Of a DNA stretch of 64,000 bases, positions 1-13,218 are shown piece after piece. Source of the stretch: Psammoneis japonica (taxonomy: Eukaryota). The stretch is from contig QPGO01000113.1 of assembly GCA_008632985.1 (NCBI GenBank), positions 64,947-128,946 on the forward strand, given 5' to 3'. The translations under genes were made by a program, and so were the position numbers. The notes under the pieces were generated by a model, which had not been told where the DNA came from, ran no database searches, and saw nothing but the letters and a program-made list of their open reading frames with translations. Each line of letters opens with the position of its first letter. The stretch's first letter is position 1.

Positions 1-3000
1 TCTCGCTCGAAAAGTGTTCGCATGACATGTCGCGTCCGACAATTTGGAGGAAATGTCTTTGTCCCGTTTTGTTCAGTGTCGAGAACTTTGCAATTTAATG
101 GAAAGACATTGTCGCAGGATTTTGGTGGGACCTTTTCAGCTGACTCTTCTGTGCTGAGGTTTTCCACAGGTTCTATTTTTTTTCACAGCAAGTCGGCTGA
201 TCGCTCTTGCGACGCGTTCGCCTTGCCCTCGATGCATTTTATTTCGGGACTGGAATTCTGCATTCTAAGTCGTCAACGCATGACTCTGTCCGTTGTGTGT
301 CATGAACCGCACACATGACAATCTGTTGGCCAAACAGCACATTCCGGGAATTGTCAAGTGTTTCCACTGTGGACAGAAGTTCTTTTTCCGTTGTGACTTG
401 AACATCACAATGCCATGTTTGACAGTGACACAGTTTTTGATGTGATGCGCTCCATGTTTTCGGAGACTTTTCGTTCTGCACTTGTCCTTTTGCCGTTTGA
501 CCTTTGTTGAGGTGGATTTGGCTAGAAATGCACAGGAGATCATTGAGACTACATGTCTTTACAGTGGCAACATGTGTCGACAAGCTGTCGTAATTTTCTT
601 TGCGTTTTGCTCAATGTTGCGATTGCCGGAATCGCCTCCATTTTCTTTGCAATCGGATGCATGCCATTGCGCATGGAAGTCTTGATAATTTTTTTCAAGT
701 CAAGCAGTGAAGGACTTTTGTTTGTCAACCTTCAAAGCGACTGCTCCAGTTGCATGAATGCCATTTCAAGTTTTTCTTGTGCAGGTGACATTTTGAAGTT
801 GTTTTCTGTCAGGTGCAAATGTTCATTCTCAGTCGTTCTGACAACTCCAAACCTGCCATGAGTTCGCTCATGCGTTGCACGAAAATGTGTGGGGCTCCAC
901 AGATTCTTGTCGGAAGTCCACAGCACTCATTTTCCCCCACGGCATCACTCTGATGTGAGCACGACGTGTGCTTTTTGATTTTACATTGTGGTGTTCCATG
1001 ATTGAATCGCAACTTCATTTTTAAAACTTCAATCTTTCACAATTGGTTGAATTCCTTTCAAATGAATGCCTCCAAAGACCATGACAGGAGAAGGTTCTCA
1101 CACGTCGTGGAATCGCGTCAGATTTTTTCACGGCGAGATCCATTGATTCTTTTAATTCATTTGTCCAAGGAACTTTTCAAAAGGATTTCAAACCTCTTAA
1201 GAAGGAGACTGAGTGGTTTATCTTCTTTTGGTCAAGATGCATTGCTGCAGCTGTCACTTGATTAGAATCGACGGCGTGACAATGTGAGTCGAGAACCATC
1301 GGTCTCGTCATTGACTCTGTTCACCGCGCAATGTTTTTCAATGTGATCGGCATTCAGCTGGAACATTTCTGCATCGAAGAGTGCATCAACATTCTTCATG
1401 GGGCAATTGCTTCATTCCCATTTGATTTCTTCAATTGCGCAGTCTAGTGTGATTGCAAAACTGGACATTGAGTCGCGTCCCATGATCATGTCATTCGACC
1501 TTGAAGGGCATTTGGTGTCATTGACACACACTGTTTGAACATCAGCAAGTCTTAAATTCGCGCACTGAGAACTGAATTCGGTGTTTGCCATCAGTCGTAA
1601 AGAGCTCACCCTTGGTTTCCCAAGTTTTTTGGTGGCGGATGTCTTGGTTCTCAACTTTGCACGATTTTGCACAAAATCATGGGCTGACGATGTTCTTCAT
1701 CGAGAGAACACGCAGAAGCTCATTTTTTGCTTTTCTCAGAGAAGTGGTCATGTGGACAGCGAGAATGGGACTCGCACAACACACTGTGATGCTTTTTCTG
1801 GGTTTCCAGACGTCCTGTGGTGCGCTGTGCTCCTTGAGCGGCATAAATTTTTGATCGGACTCGATCGGGTCAATTTTTCTAAATTGACAGTTTCACTTGT
1901 CAAGCGTTTTAGAGTCTTAATTTTCGCTCTTGTTTTTACGTTCCTTTGTCGAGGAACTCGCTTTGATTGTTTTTGTGAACTGCCTGGTTCACAGTTCAGT
2001 TCAGTTCCTCTTTCACAGAGGCATTTCTGCTCTCGTCACGTTCGCGTGCGATTGCCATTTAGAGCGTCGTATTTTTGGGTCTCTTTTAGAGCCACCCTTG
2101 CACTCTTTCGCTTGTTCATTTTCAGGGTGGCTTTAATCCGTGATGTGGGCATTCTTCTTTCAAAGATTGGACCTTTCACTCACTTTGGATTGTGGTGGTG
2201 CCATGCAGGAGACCATTTTTGGAACCAAAATTGGAACCTTTTTGATTGTGGAATCAACTGCACTGTCAGAGCCCGAATTGACATGTTTTTTTGTCACAGA
2301 CGTCCTTGCCGACCTCTAGACGACTCAAACCTCAATCAGCTCGTCAAGGGTGTGATCCAGCAGTTCAACATTTTGGACAGCAGGCTGATGCTGCCATCCT
2401 TGCGGTGCGAGTGATGGCTGATAAATCAGCGCTCGGTTTCCCGCTAGATTCGACTTAGAATCCATCTGAGGGTCGTGTGGACTCTCATCGTTGACCTCTT
2501 GGGTCTGTCAGAGGCTTTCTTGCTGTTGAGCGGCTCTGGTTTCTTCAGGTCGTCTCGAAAACAATTTCCCTGATTCTGAAGTGCATTTCCTCGGAGGACA
2601 TGAGTTGTGAGACGCTTGAGGTACTTTCCAACGATTCCCTCTTGCTCCTTGGACTCGAGGATCATCGATTCGGTCTCAAAAAACTCTCCAATAGTCTCTC
2701 CTTGCATGGCAGACGCATTTCTCGGATCTGATCGACTCGGAACTTGCACTCTCTGCAACCATGACTTGGTGTAGATTTTTTGATGGTGCGGTGCACTTGA
2801 GAGCCCTTGATCCTTGGGTGCTTGGAATAGACCGCATTAGAGCGAATCCTCTTGTTTGGTAGACGAAAAACAGCGTTCCATCTTGAGGTGCTGCTCGGCT
2901 TGAGCTTCTTCCGCTCGGAAATCGATTCCAGCAGAACTGATGCGATTCGTTCCTGTTTATAGAAGAATTTGCAAAGGCACATTAGTTGAAATTTTCATTT

Positions 3001-3403
3001 TCCGTGCTTTTTACCTTCTGTGGTGTGTATACACAATGCACTATGCTCGAAGAACGAGTGTAAACGAAAGTAGAACAGTGTGCGAAAAGTGGAAATTACA
3101 AGATTGGATTTTACTCTGTGATTTTTGGTTTCTCCGAATGAGTTCTCAATGGCCTAAAGCTTCTGCACTGCTTCTACAGACAAAAGGCCTTTCGGAGAAT
3201 ATAATCGTGACAACAGATAGTCCGAATACGATTGCTTTTGACACATAAGATGTCAGCATCGTCTATCGATCGTATTTGCGATTTTCGACTTCCGATCAAC
3301 TCTGTGTGATTGTTCTGTCCTTCGCACGCATCCACGACTGTGGCACGATTGACATATAAATAATATATAATCATATATATGTATATAACAGTCGCATACT
3401 GCA
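1..3403 (-). mobile_element. Degenerate Ty3/gypsy LTR retrotransposon (copy 1; 5' LTR, gag and pol remnants; runs off the left edge)
   Basis: Broken pol motifs on the - strand (MGRD..SS protease end, LPTRICGAPHIF RT, TTEKELLSTVETL RNase H). Colinear with the elements at 43462-48164 and 50857-55926. The LTR is bounded by TGCA...TGCA. Confidence 0.9.
3037..3403 (-). repeat. 5' LTR of gypsy copy 1 (TA-rich, largely unmutated)
   Basis: Homologous to the LTRs at 43462-43799, 47798-48164, 50857-51201 and 55548-55926; TG...CA termini. Confidence 0.9.
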
Positions 3404-4003
3404 CCTTGTTCTTGGGTCTCTCCTGGTTCTTCTCTTGTTGGTTGCTTGTGGATGCAGTGACAATGCAGTGACTGATGACAGTCATGAATGGTGTCTCTAG
3501 AGCTAGTTAGAGTACACGGTGGGAGATTTCGAAGTGGGGTTCACTTCAAGAATGTCACTGTATTTTCATCATTGTTTTGTGTTTGTGATTTGTGTGAGCT
3601 TGTGGTGATCGAGGTTCATGGACAGGCAGACAGTTGATGGGATATCTGAAAACGCGCGATCTACGTAGGTTTAATACTACGATCTACAAGATCCTCCTCC
3701 ACCGCCATTCAGATGTGCGGAGATTTTTCGTTTTGCCTTTTGCACCTGCACATGATGGGAACAGAGCGCTTTGTAAGTCGAGGAAAAAGCATTGCAACAC
3801 CATTTTGAAAGCATACCGCCATGTTGGTGCACGTGTCACCGTGGCAGCCAATAAAGACCTCTCTGTCGGTGACTGGATCGCGTAAAGGACGCCGGAGAAG
3901 CAATAGCCATGGTTCTGAGACGAATGATGTGAACATGTGTAGACCAGTCGCTGTGGCTTCAGTTGTGGCTCCTGTTCGACGTAACGCCAAGAAAAGAAAG
4001 AGC

Positions 4004-6871
4004 ATGACGAGCGGAAAGATTGTTGAAGATCTTATCCCATCGCTGACCATCACATCTGCACATCGAGTAAGTGTGCTGGGAAAGCTTTTGAGAAACAACA
4101 ACGAGGACGGGGAAAACACACCGGTGTTTCGGGAAAGCGCAGCGTGGCAGTACTCAAGCCGACCTGGCAAATCCACGTCGTTTCTTCAAAAACCGCTAAT
4201 AAATGGAAGTTCCAAGAAGATGATAAATATCCCATCCGTTCCTGCTATTTTTGATGCTAAGAACAATCTGGTGTATGCTTTGCAAAAAGAAAACTCGATT
4301 CTGAGTTGCTGGGACGCAGCTGCTGACGGTCCAGACGACCCTAGCCAAACTACTGTTACCAAAGTTACACTCAAGGCACCAGCACTGAGTTTGTCACTAC
4401 ATACCTTCAAAAGCGGGTTTGTATATGGAACTTGTATCGATGGTTCCCTATTTGTCGGACGATGGATCAGTCTCGATGGTGCACGAGCAAGATCATTTCA
4501 GGTTCATTACTTCCACTCACCCCTCGCAAAAGGCAAACATCACGTATTTACAATGGCTATCAATGTAGCAACACTTTCTTCAAAGGGTTCGGGACAGAAA
4601 CGAAAAGCAAGCGAAACAAGCAACGACTCGGTCGTATCTTTCCACCAGCTATTTATGAACGAAGGAGGAGAAATTACCTTGTTGAAGCATGAAGTGTCAC
4701 TCCCACCAGATAACGACGATAGGGATATGTCGTCATTGTCACTGAATTATGTTGGAATTGACCTTGTTTCCGATTGTGGGGGGCAAATGGAGGACTGTTT
4801 TGTGGACCATTCATGTACGGTGGCGTGCCCGATGGACAAATGTTCCGTTGCGGTTGTTTACTACCTTCGAAAGCCGGACGGAGTGTTTGGTAGTTATCAC
4901 GTTGCACAAATTTGCTTACAAACGGGTTCCTTAAGGCGAGCCCCATTCATGGTGTCCTTAAAACCAGGAGAAAACATAAAAAGACACTCTGCCGGCTCTC
5001 TTACGCCCTCGATGCTTGTCGTGGGCACGACAGATCAAATATTGTTTTGTGACATCCAATTTGGAGCTGTCATACAGTCTTTGCCATTTTCTCAGTCCAT
5101 TGATGATGATGTTGTGGATTGGAGCTTTATTGTGGATAGAAAAGCGCGCTCTATTGCTGTTCTATCTCATAAGGGTGAAGACGTCCAAGCCTATGTAGCC
5201 GGTGCCTGGCTCGAGAAGCCATCAAACGAACGTACGCAAGAACGAGCCACCCTTACCCTGGCTTCGGAACTGCGCTCAACACTCACGACTCGTACATCCC
5301 TTACTTCAAATAAGTCGTCGGGAGAAACAACATCAGCGAGTTTGCTAGAAATAAATGAAGCATCACCCGTTACAGGAAGCGAAATGGCAGACGCGGTGGA
5401 CAGCGCATTGCAGAGCATGGAATCCTGTCGACGAATGACAATGGACCCAGTGATATCTCAGCTAGAGCCAAATTTCTTAACAGTATATGAAACTGCCATT
5501 CTCACCGTGGCAGCTGCTCAAACCAGCCCTTCAACAGAAAGTTCCAAGACAATTCTAGCAGGCAATCCACAAGATGCCATTCCGTCCTATATGGAAAAGG
5601 AACCAGATGTTGTGGAGAGAGATGCAGAAGGCAAGAAAGAACTGAATGGTGGCGTTCGAAAGGAGAAAGATCGACGCATTCAACCGCTGACGAATGGATT
5701 AAAGGATGATGTCGCAAACAGACTGGCATCTATTCGTGCATACACTCCGTCATCAACTCCACAACAATTCTTAGACGGGGCAATGTCGATTGTTCTGTCT
5801 GTTCTACAGTTGCCCAGAGTGAACAATGAAATCGTAGGGCGAAAGATCCAGTCGGCCAGAATGGATGCTCGGTTGATACTAAGCAGGCTGATCCGAACTG
5901 GCAAGATTTCTGCCCGGCTTCATTTTGAAAACAAAGCTACCAAAGGAGAAGATGAAGACGAGAATACGGCGGACGACAATTGTCTTCTCAGAATGCTACG
6001 CTCCGTCAAGTTAACCAGGAAGCGGAGACGAGTATTCTCGCCTGTCGATATGATGCATGACATCTTGACATATTGCTCTGACGTCTCGGAACGAGTCATG
6101 GTCACCATGATTGACTACGTACTACGTAGAGCACTCCCAGATGATATTGCAGAGAATTTGATTGATTCCTACGATGCTCCTCGAGAGGACAAATACCTCG
6201 CCAAGCAATATTTTCACGCTCGCAGCAGGTTAGGTCACTCTACTATCCAGCATCAGCGGGAAGGAAGGAAGTCTGCCCTTGCGGAAGAGATTAAGGAGTT
6301 GCAGGTTGAGCTTGATAGAGTTTCTCAGCAGCTGCTCAAAGCCGGTGCAGTATTTCTTGTGAAACGTCTAATTATCTATTCAAGATGCAACGAAAGTTTG
6401 CTCAGAAGTGCCTTTCTGGAGCGCCTTCACCGCCGTCATGAACCCGCCCTTCTTTTATATATTCTGGCTGATTTATTGCTAGACTGCAGCATGAATGGGA
6501 TCTTGTCGGAAAGCGCGCGGCAAAGAAGGATGCTGGTGAGTTCTTCTGCCATCACGAAATGGATCGCTGCTCTTTGTGACGCTTTCAGAGAGATACTGCA
6601 AAAGCCGCCGGAAGAAACGTTAATGAGAGGAGCCACTCGGATCAGACAGACACCGATTGAGTATGTGTGTAATGCTGTTAAAGTTACGATTGGTCAGGCT
6701 GAAGCTACGATTTTGCTGCGTGATACATTCGAGCAGGCGGCTGAAGACATACGTGAGACGGCCTCGAGAGAAGTTGCGCAAACCGTGCAAGAGTTCACCC
6801 GTCAAACAGAAACAGAAAAGGACGATGCCGCTGAATCCCCACCTTACAGCATCGAAAATCTTGTATTTTAA
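4004..6871 (+). CDS. Large protein, probable NOL11/Utp8-like nucleolar (t-UTP) protein; start uncertain (ORF opens at 3821)
   Basis: Intronless ~950-1016 aa ORF with normal composition. Beta-rich N-terminus, helical C-terminus ending YSIENLVF, which resembles the NOL11/Utp8 C-terminal YS/TxE motif. Confidence 0.6.
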   Translation: MTSGKIVEDLIPSLTITSAHRVSVLGKLLRNNNEDGENTPVFRESAAWQYSSRPGKSTSFLQKPLINGSSKKMINIPSVPAIFDAKNNLVYALQKENSILSCWDAAADGPDDPSQTTVTKVTLKAPALSLSLHTFKSGFVYGTCIDGSLFVGRWISLDGARARSFQVHYFHSPLAKGKHHVFTMAINVATLSSKGSGQKRKASETSNDSVVSFHQLFMNEGGEITLLKHEVSLPPDNDDRDMSSLSLNYVGIDLVSDCGGQMEDCFVDHSCTVACPMDKCSVAVVYYLRKPDGVFGSYHVAQICLQTGSLRRAPFMVSLKPGENIKRHSAGSLTPSMLVVGTTDQILFCDIQFGAVIQSLPFSQSIDDDVVDWSFIVDRKARSIAVLSHKGEDVQAYVAGAWLEKPSNERTQERATLTLASELRSTLTTRTSLTSNKSSGETTSASLLEINEASPVTGSEMADAVDSALQSMESCRRMTMDPVISQLEPNFLTVYETAILTVAAAQTSPSTESSKTILAGNPQDAIPSYMEKEPDVVERDAEGKKELNGGVRKEKDRRIQPLTNGLKDDVANRLASIRAYTPSSTPQQFLDGAMSIVLSVLQLPRVNNEIVGRKIQSARMDARLILSRLIRTGKISARLHFENKATKGEDEDENTADDNCLLRMLRSVKLTRKRRRVFSPVDMMHDILTYCSDVSERVMVTMIDYVLRRALPDDIAENLIDSYDAPREDKYLAKQYFHARSRLGHSTIQHQREGRKSALAEEIKELQVELDRVSQQLLKAGAVFLVKRLIIYSRCNESLLRSAFLERLHRRHEPALLLYILADLLLDCSMNGILSESARQRRMLVSSSAITKWIAALCDAFREILQKPPEETLMRGATRIRQTPIEYVCNAVKVTIGQAEATILLRDTFEQAAEDIRETASREVAQTVQEFTRQTETEKDDAAESPPYSIENLVF

Positions 6872-7582
6872 GGCTTCGTTAAGAAAGGACAAGTTGAGGG
6901 CACGTGTATGACAAGCTGAGGAGCTACGTAAGCTGCAAAGGAGGTTGAATATGACGTACCGTAGGATTGTTCTCTAGGAGTTTATGTAATTCTCTAGTGC
7001 TGATCTTCCGCAGGGTAGGGACCTACGATAGAGGATTCATATGCCTTGACAACACGACACCATTTTCGGTGCCGCGCGATGCTGTGTTTGAAACTTGTGA
7101 GAGTCTGTTCTGGACGTCGACCGCTCGCCCGGCTCGGTGTCGCGAGAAATTAGATTCAAAATTAACGAATATTCATTATATATATTATGTCCGTACGACG
7201 TAGATGCTACGTCACGAGAACAATTTGCTATTTCGTGCATACGTCAGCGCGTCGCTCACGGCGCGGCGGCCAGCCAACGCTGAACACACACAGAAAAAAG
7301 GCCTGAAACACCAGAAAAAGCAGAGAGGAAACTGCCGACTCTTTCTAGTTCTTCTTCCAGTCAGAGACAGTTAATCCTGCTCTGCTTCGATCACCGTTGT
7401 GCTCATTAATCCATATATTGACGCCGGTTCTTCAGATTTCTGGCCTCAGTGTGATTGATTGATTAAAAGAGGTTCTACGAGGCCAGTCTCGTTTCTAGTA
7501 CAGTTGCACGTACGTTCTACATACGGCTTTGTTCCGTGACTCACGCTCGCGCTACAAAAAGACCATAAAAACGAAAACGACC

Positions 7583-8333
7583 ATGGCAAGTGATATGTGC
7601 GTTCGCCGCCTCACGCGGGAATACAATGCTTTACAAAAGGACCCAATGAAAGACCCACGCGTCGTTGCAGTACCGAATGAAGCGAATATTTTGGAATGGC
7701 ATTACGTAATTGAAGGCAACAAAGGAACTCCGTATGAAGGAGGCTTTTATCACGGAAAGCTGATCTTTCCGAAAGAGTACCCCCTCAAACCTCCTAGTGT
7801 CATTATGTTGACACCCTCTGGAAGGTTCCAGCCGAACCGTCGGCTGTGCTTATCGATGAGTGATTTTCATCCTGAGAGGTAAGGCATTTGACGGGATCGA
7901 CGATTGAAATTCTTATGTTCAGGCCACTCTCACATTTATTTTCCGTGTTGTAATCCTCTCGAATTCACTTAGCTGGAATCCCATGTGGTCTGTAAGCACC
8001 ATACTCACAGGGTTGTATTCGTTCATGATTGAAACGGCGCCGACACTGGGGAGTATTGAAACCAGCACTCATCAGAAGCATAGGTTTGCGCGACTAAGCT
8101 TAGACTTTAACGTTCGGGACCCCATGTTTTGTAAGTTGTTTCCAGAATATGTCGAACTTCAGCAGGAGCGACGAAGACTCGCGGCATCCGAAGCGAATAT
8201 GCGAAACTCTTCCTTGCGAACATCTGGAAGTCCTGTAGCTCAAGGTGATCATGATGAAATGCAGGGGTTGTTTGCGGCGGCTGCAGGTCTCATTGCAATT
8301 GTATCTATTGTTTTTGCCATGAGATTCCTCTAA
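7583..8333 (+). CDS. UBE2J2: ER-anchored ubiquitin-conjugating enzyme E2 J2 / Ubc6 (exons 7583-7878, 7973-8333)
   Basis: NILEWHYV..G..TPYEGG.YHGKL.FP.EYP.KPP, TPSGRF....[24 protein letters not shown] spliced across a GT-AG intron; C-terminal TM anchor. Confidence 0.93.
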
Positions 8334-8808
8334 GTAATGGAGATGGGATTGTGCTATGTACCGGTATGCGAGTACGCGCACGACTTTTTAGAGCCGCCGT
8401 GGGTGTAGAGGAGAGGTTGTCTTTTTTCTGTACGATGATAACTTCCCTAAGTTGATTTGCATTTCACTCTTTCACATACCTCTGTATATTTACTTTACGT
8501 CCGTTCAGATCCTTCAAGCACTAGCCTCACACTTGACTACAGTTAGTACTTCTGTAGCAATCCCACAATGCATGTTGTGGAGCGTTCGACAACTATTGGG
8601 AGTCGAGCAATCGTAGGAAGTATCGTAAACACCCGGCATTCCGCCAGCATAGTTAGTCTTCATACTGAACCTATCTTTTAATATTGAATGCCCACGCAAT
8701 CTAGGAACCAAGGGGAGCACGATAGTAGGAAGAACCTTTGTCACCAAGTACGCCAACTACCTTTTTGCTGTTATTACTTTAGCTTTAACTTACATGCCCA
8801 CCTATCCC

Positions 8809-9888
8809 CTATTCTCCTCTCATATCTTTCAGATTCTCGACTTCTTGTGCCAAGTAATTCAAGCGGTCCTTCAGAACACGCAGACTAGACATGAGGATCT
8901 CCTCCGCATCCATCGCCCCGGTCGATTCAACAGAGAAAATAAACCTGTCGGTTGAAGGCTCCACCACCACAAAATCATCGTCTTCAGGACGCTTCTTCAT
9001 GGCCTGCTGCGTAGATTTTAGGTCTTCTGTATACGTTGCAATATCCCACGCATTCTCCACCGCTTTGATGTTTCCAGTCACTTCATCCAACTCCAAAATC
9101 CGGTCAGGACAAACATCCACCAATTCATGTTTCTGTTCCATGGTGAGCGTCGAAATCATCTCGTCGTTAATATGAATGTTGGGCCAGAACCGATACGTGG
9201 CAACAGCTACGGGGCACCATTTTGCATGTTCCTTGGCAATACCCAAGCGTGCAATAGCCTTGAGCTTTAAATGTTGGCCGGGGCCCATCTTGACAATAGC
9301 AATACCGTCATCCTGAGATTCATCTTGCTCGTCCTGGTTGAGAAAGTGGGCTGGCATGACTAATTCATTGTTTGATTTCTAAACGAAAAAAGAAGCGTTG
9401 TAAGCAATCATATGGCTGAAATCTGTAGCGGGTTCAAATTGCTACAAGTTGTTTCTTTTTTCTGAACTTACCAAATCTTTACTCGTCACAGTCAGCGGCG
9501 CTAGTACCTCATCTTCTTCCAATCTTGTAGGATGAACACTGTCAAAATCCACGTCTAGCTCAAACTCGACTGAACATCTTGGACACCGTTCAAAGCATAC
9601 ACACTCGCGATGAGGCAAGAAGACTCCGTTGCAATCTCCTCCTCTTAGAGAATCCGGTTCTTGATAACGAATAGGTACCAAACCCAATCGATGAGCAATA
9701 TATTCATCATTCAGTACAGTGGAGTTCTCGTGGAATTCGACCAGGTCAATGGCGAGAGTTGGAACCTCGGCAATCATGATGCGTCGAAGCGTGTTGGCTA
9801 CGCTCGTGTCGGTGTCGCTCAAAACAAACTTGATCTCATGCGGAGCCAAGGAAAGGATTTCGATTTTTGGGAAGCGTTGATGAGGCAT
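8809..9888 (-). CDS. POLR2C: RNA polymerase II subunit RPB3 (exons 9888-9472, 9378-8809)
   Basis: ANTLRRIMIAEVPTLAIDLV, DEYIAHRLGLVP, the C.C...CPRCSV zinc site and G.AKEHAKW.P; phase-0 GT-AG intron. Confidence 0.95.
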
Positions 9889-10270
9889 ACTGTGTTATTG
9901 GTAGTTTGCGTTGTCAGGGTGGTGTAGTTGCTGTCTTGAGTGCTCTGCAAGAGGTTACTGCGTATGATATCGACGGTGTTCGATCATTGTGTCGTGCACT
10001 GCCACAAAAAACAAAAACCGCGGGAAAGATGGTGACGGACCGACGGAAGGACCGTCTGTCTGCCGCTCACTCGCTCGAGCGCGCGCGCGAAAGTTAGGCT
10101 GAAGTCTGGCCGGCGTCGAATTTGACGAAAATCGGCACAAAGCCAAAGCGAACTGATGAGAAAAAACCAAAAAAGATCCGTCGACGCGACGCGACCATCT
10201 GCCCTATTCATCGGCATCACTCTATTAGCGCTTTCTTGTATTCCGACAACTGAACAGCATCTCGATCAAA

Positions 10271-10747
10271 ATGTTACGCATTGCTCAGTCCTCGGTGGTA
10301 CCAGCAGCAGCGCTGCGAAGGTCTGCTGCGACGATGACGACTCGTCGCCCCATGTCTTTGAGCAGCAGCAATGCGAAGAATCTTCTTGAAGGCGATGCTG
10401 GTGCATTGGCGACGCACGTGTACCACAAGGCGACATTGGTATTGGCTGCGACGGCCCCCATTGTATTCTTGGTACCTGATCGGTGGACAGATGGAGCCCT
10501 AAACAAGGCCTTTGGTTTGTTTGTGGCTGCGAACATTACTGTTCACAGCTGGGTTGGGTTGAACTACGTCGCAACCGATTATGTGCCCAAGATTAGCAAG
10601 GCCTTGCTGGGTCCCGCTCGTATCGTCAATGCTGGGATTGCTGTGGTGACGCTCCTTGGACTAGGCAAAATTGCTTTGAGTGATGGTGGTATCAAAGGAA
10701 CTGTCAAGGCTCTTTGGAATCCTCCAGAAAAGGGTGAGAAGAAGTAG
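10271..10747 (+). CDS. SDHD: Succinate dehydrogenase small membrane anchor subunit (SDH4/CybS), with mitochondrial presequence
   Basis: Arg/Ser/Ala-rich presequence, three TM segments, HSWVGLNYVATDYVP (H..G......DY) motif. Confidence 0.85.
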   Translation: MLRIAQSSVVPAAALRRSAATMTTRRPMSLSSSNAKNLLEGDAGALATHVYHKATLVLAATAPIVFLVPDRWTDGALNKAFGLFVAANITVHSWVGLNYVATDYVPKISKALLGPARIVNAGIAVVTLLGLGKIALSDGGIKGTVKALWNPPEKGEKK

Positions 10748-10903
10748 AGCAGCTTACGGTGAGGAGTATTGAATTGGCAGTGGAAGAAGGTGGTTTCTCT
10801 TTGTCAAATTGTAGATATTACGGACATTTTAGAACGCAGGCTGCTGGTTTTTAACAGTCAACCTTTAGAATAGCTTTGTCGCAAAATTTCGTTTTCTCTA
10901 TCT

Positions 10904-12179
10904 CTAGCTGCTAGCCTGTACAGCAGCCCCTTCAGCGGCAGCAGGCTTCTGTTTATTTGCTTCTTCTCGTTTCTTGCTCTGTGCGGCATCCACCTTTCTT
11001 CTAGCATTCTGGAGAAATGCTCGCAAGTATCGATTCAAAAGTTTCATGGCGCCAATGCTTGTGTCCTTGGCAATGTGAAGGGACTTTCCGAGAACAATTT
11101 TCAGCGGGCCTCTCAATGGCTTCGGAACAACAATATCAGCCACCTTTGTGAACAGTTTCTGGATATTTTCACCTCGTACTCCCAAATCCTTTTTAATTTC
11201 GGCCAGAAATTCCTCGAGAAAAGGCAAATCTTCTTTTGGTGTGTCTGATAGCGCTTTACTGCTTTCTTCCTCACTAGCCCCCGTCGTGCTCGACGCATTC
11301 TGTGTCGGCATTGCTTCCTCATTGTCAACCGATCCGATAGATTCCGTACTCGCCCTGTCTTCTGTAGCTTCTGCAGTTGCTTCTGTCGAGTCTACCGGTT
11401 CTTTCGGTTCTACCACCGACTCGGTGGCTGAAGTTGCTGCGTCCGTTTTCGGTGGGTTAGTTTCAATTTCAGGTTCTGCCGCGGCGCTTTCTGTTTCGTT
11501 CTTCTCGCCCACTACTGCTTCTTCCTTTCCAGCATCACCTTCGGCAAGACCAAAGGCACTCCCACCTTCGGAAGCGCCGTCCTTTGCATCATCTGTTTCT
11601 GTTTCACTCGCCTCCTGTGAGACAAAGGCTCTCGCAGGATGAGATTCGGTTGCATTGTCCGCTCGTTTCTTTTCCGCATCTGCAATTTCTTTTTCCAGCC
11701 TCTCCTTCTCAGCCTTCATCGTGTCGACCTCACTTTGGAGTTCTTCCACCAACTCTGGATGTTCCGCAAGAAGTTCTCCCCTAAATGAATCAAAAGAGCA
11801 ATTTCATTCATAAGAGATAGAATTCGTTTGATTTTACAAACACACTCTTAATCAATCTATACAAAACTTACATTTCACGTTCAACTGCAAGGCATTGTCT
11901 CGCAGCTTCAACGTAGTCCGCGTGTGAAAACACATACTCCTCGCCTGTTGCTTCGTCCATTTCTCGATACAATTCAAAGCCTCGTGTTGTGCAGATTGCC
12001 TCTAGTTCCTGATCTGACATGGAATCCAAGTCTTTGTCATTTATTAATGATTGCTTCTCCGAATCAGCGACAGACGCATCCTGCCCAGCCGAAACTAGCG
12101 TCGACACGAGCAAAACTATTATTTGAAGGAACAACAACTTCCAAATTCTTCGTGACTCATTTTGAGATGGATAGTTCAT
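10904..12179 (-). CDS. Uncharacterised secreted/ER protein with SAP-like helical motif and acidic linker (exons 12179-11872, 11780-10904)
   Basis: Signal-peptide-like N-terminus and LDSMSDQELEAICTTRGF motif. A GTAAG...TAG intron joins the 106-aa and 282-aa ORFs in frame (..EM|GELLAEHPELVEE). Confidence 0.75.
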
Positions 12180-12527
12180 TGTATTCAAGAGATCCTATCG
12201 ATATACAGGAATCTCTGTCGTCGAGATGTCTCACCAAAAAGGGTTGGTGAGGTGATGTAGGACAAGGACAACAAATGAGAAGGTCGAGTAGTCTACAGTA
12301 GTGTTGAGGTGATGGGCGGGTGGGTGATGGATTTTCCCGTCTTGTTCCCGTGTTGTTTTTTCGTTTTGCGGGCATTGGCATGTGCCGTAGCTTTGTACGA
12401 GGGAGTCGTAGTAGGAAGTTTGGAAACGAAAACTTGCCGCCACCTGGAAGTTTTCGCGCGATTTCGCACGATCTTTTAGAAGAATTAAAATATTTATTCA
12501 ATTCTGAATAGTTATATTGAAATATCG

Positions 12528-13187
12528 AAACCAGGCCTGCGGGGAGCATTGACCACTTCTCTTTCTTTTTGTGGGTGTGGGTGTGTGCCGTTGCATGCTG
12601 TATTGCCTGTACGTACGTAGGGCCCTACCGTATGATACCGCCGGGGCCGGCATTGTGGCGGCTGAGTAAGTGGCGTGGCCACCGCAGCACCGGTGACGCG
12701 GATGACCGTTATATTTGATGTCTCATGCCATTTTTGGGGCTGTAGCGAGGTGCACGGACACTCTTTTTTTCCAATTTATCGCCATAATAGCGCATCGCAC
12801 AAACTCACTTATTGTTCGATATGTTTTCCCAAATACGGACTGTTTTCGTGTAGAATTCACGATTAATTATCTTTGTATATAACTGAATACATTTTTCAAC
12901 ATGCCACGCCGGCAATCCCAATTTTTGAGAACTTTCGAGCTCTCCTGAAAAACCGTGCCACGTACCCGTCGTAGGGAATTTATCGATTTTTTAGGATGTC
13001 CCCACGACCTCTCATGTCCTCAATGATCATTCTACGAATCCGAAGAATTCATCTGTACTAAACAACCCATCCCGTTCCAAAATCCGAGGGACACACTTTC
13101 AAATTCAGACGGACAACCCGACTGCCCGACTGCCGGACCGACACGAAAAAGTCTGCAATCACCAACCACTGATGAGTGGTCAATGAA
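12528..13187 (-). mobile_element. Non-autonomous HINE/DINE-1-like (Helentron-type) element, copy 1 (TpA retained)
   Basis: Asymmetric sub-TIRs CATTGACCACT (12547)/AGTGGTCAATG (13175), a palindromic CAGGCCTG end and T-run flanks. Homologous to 15586-16262 and 41433-42117. Confidence 0.7.
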
Positions 13188-13218
13188 TCCCTGCACTTCG
13201 CAGTTTGCAGTAAGCACC

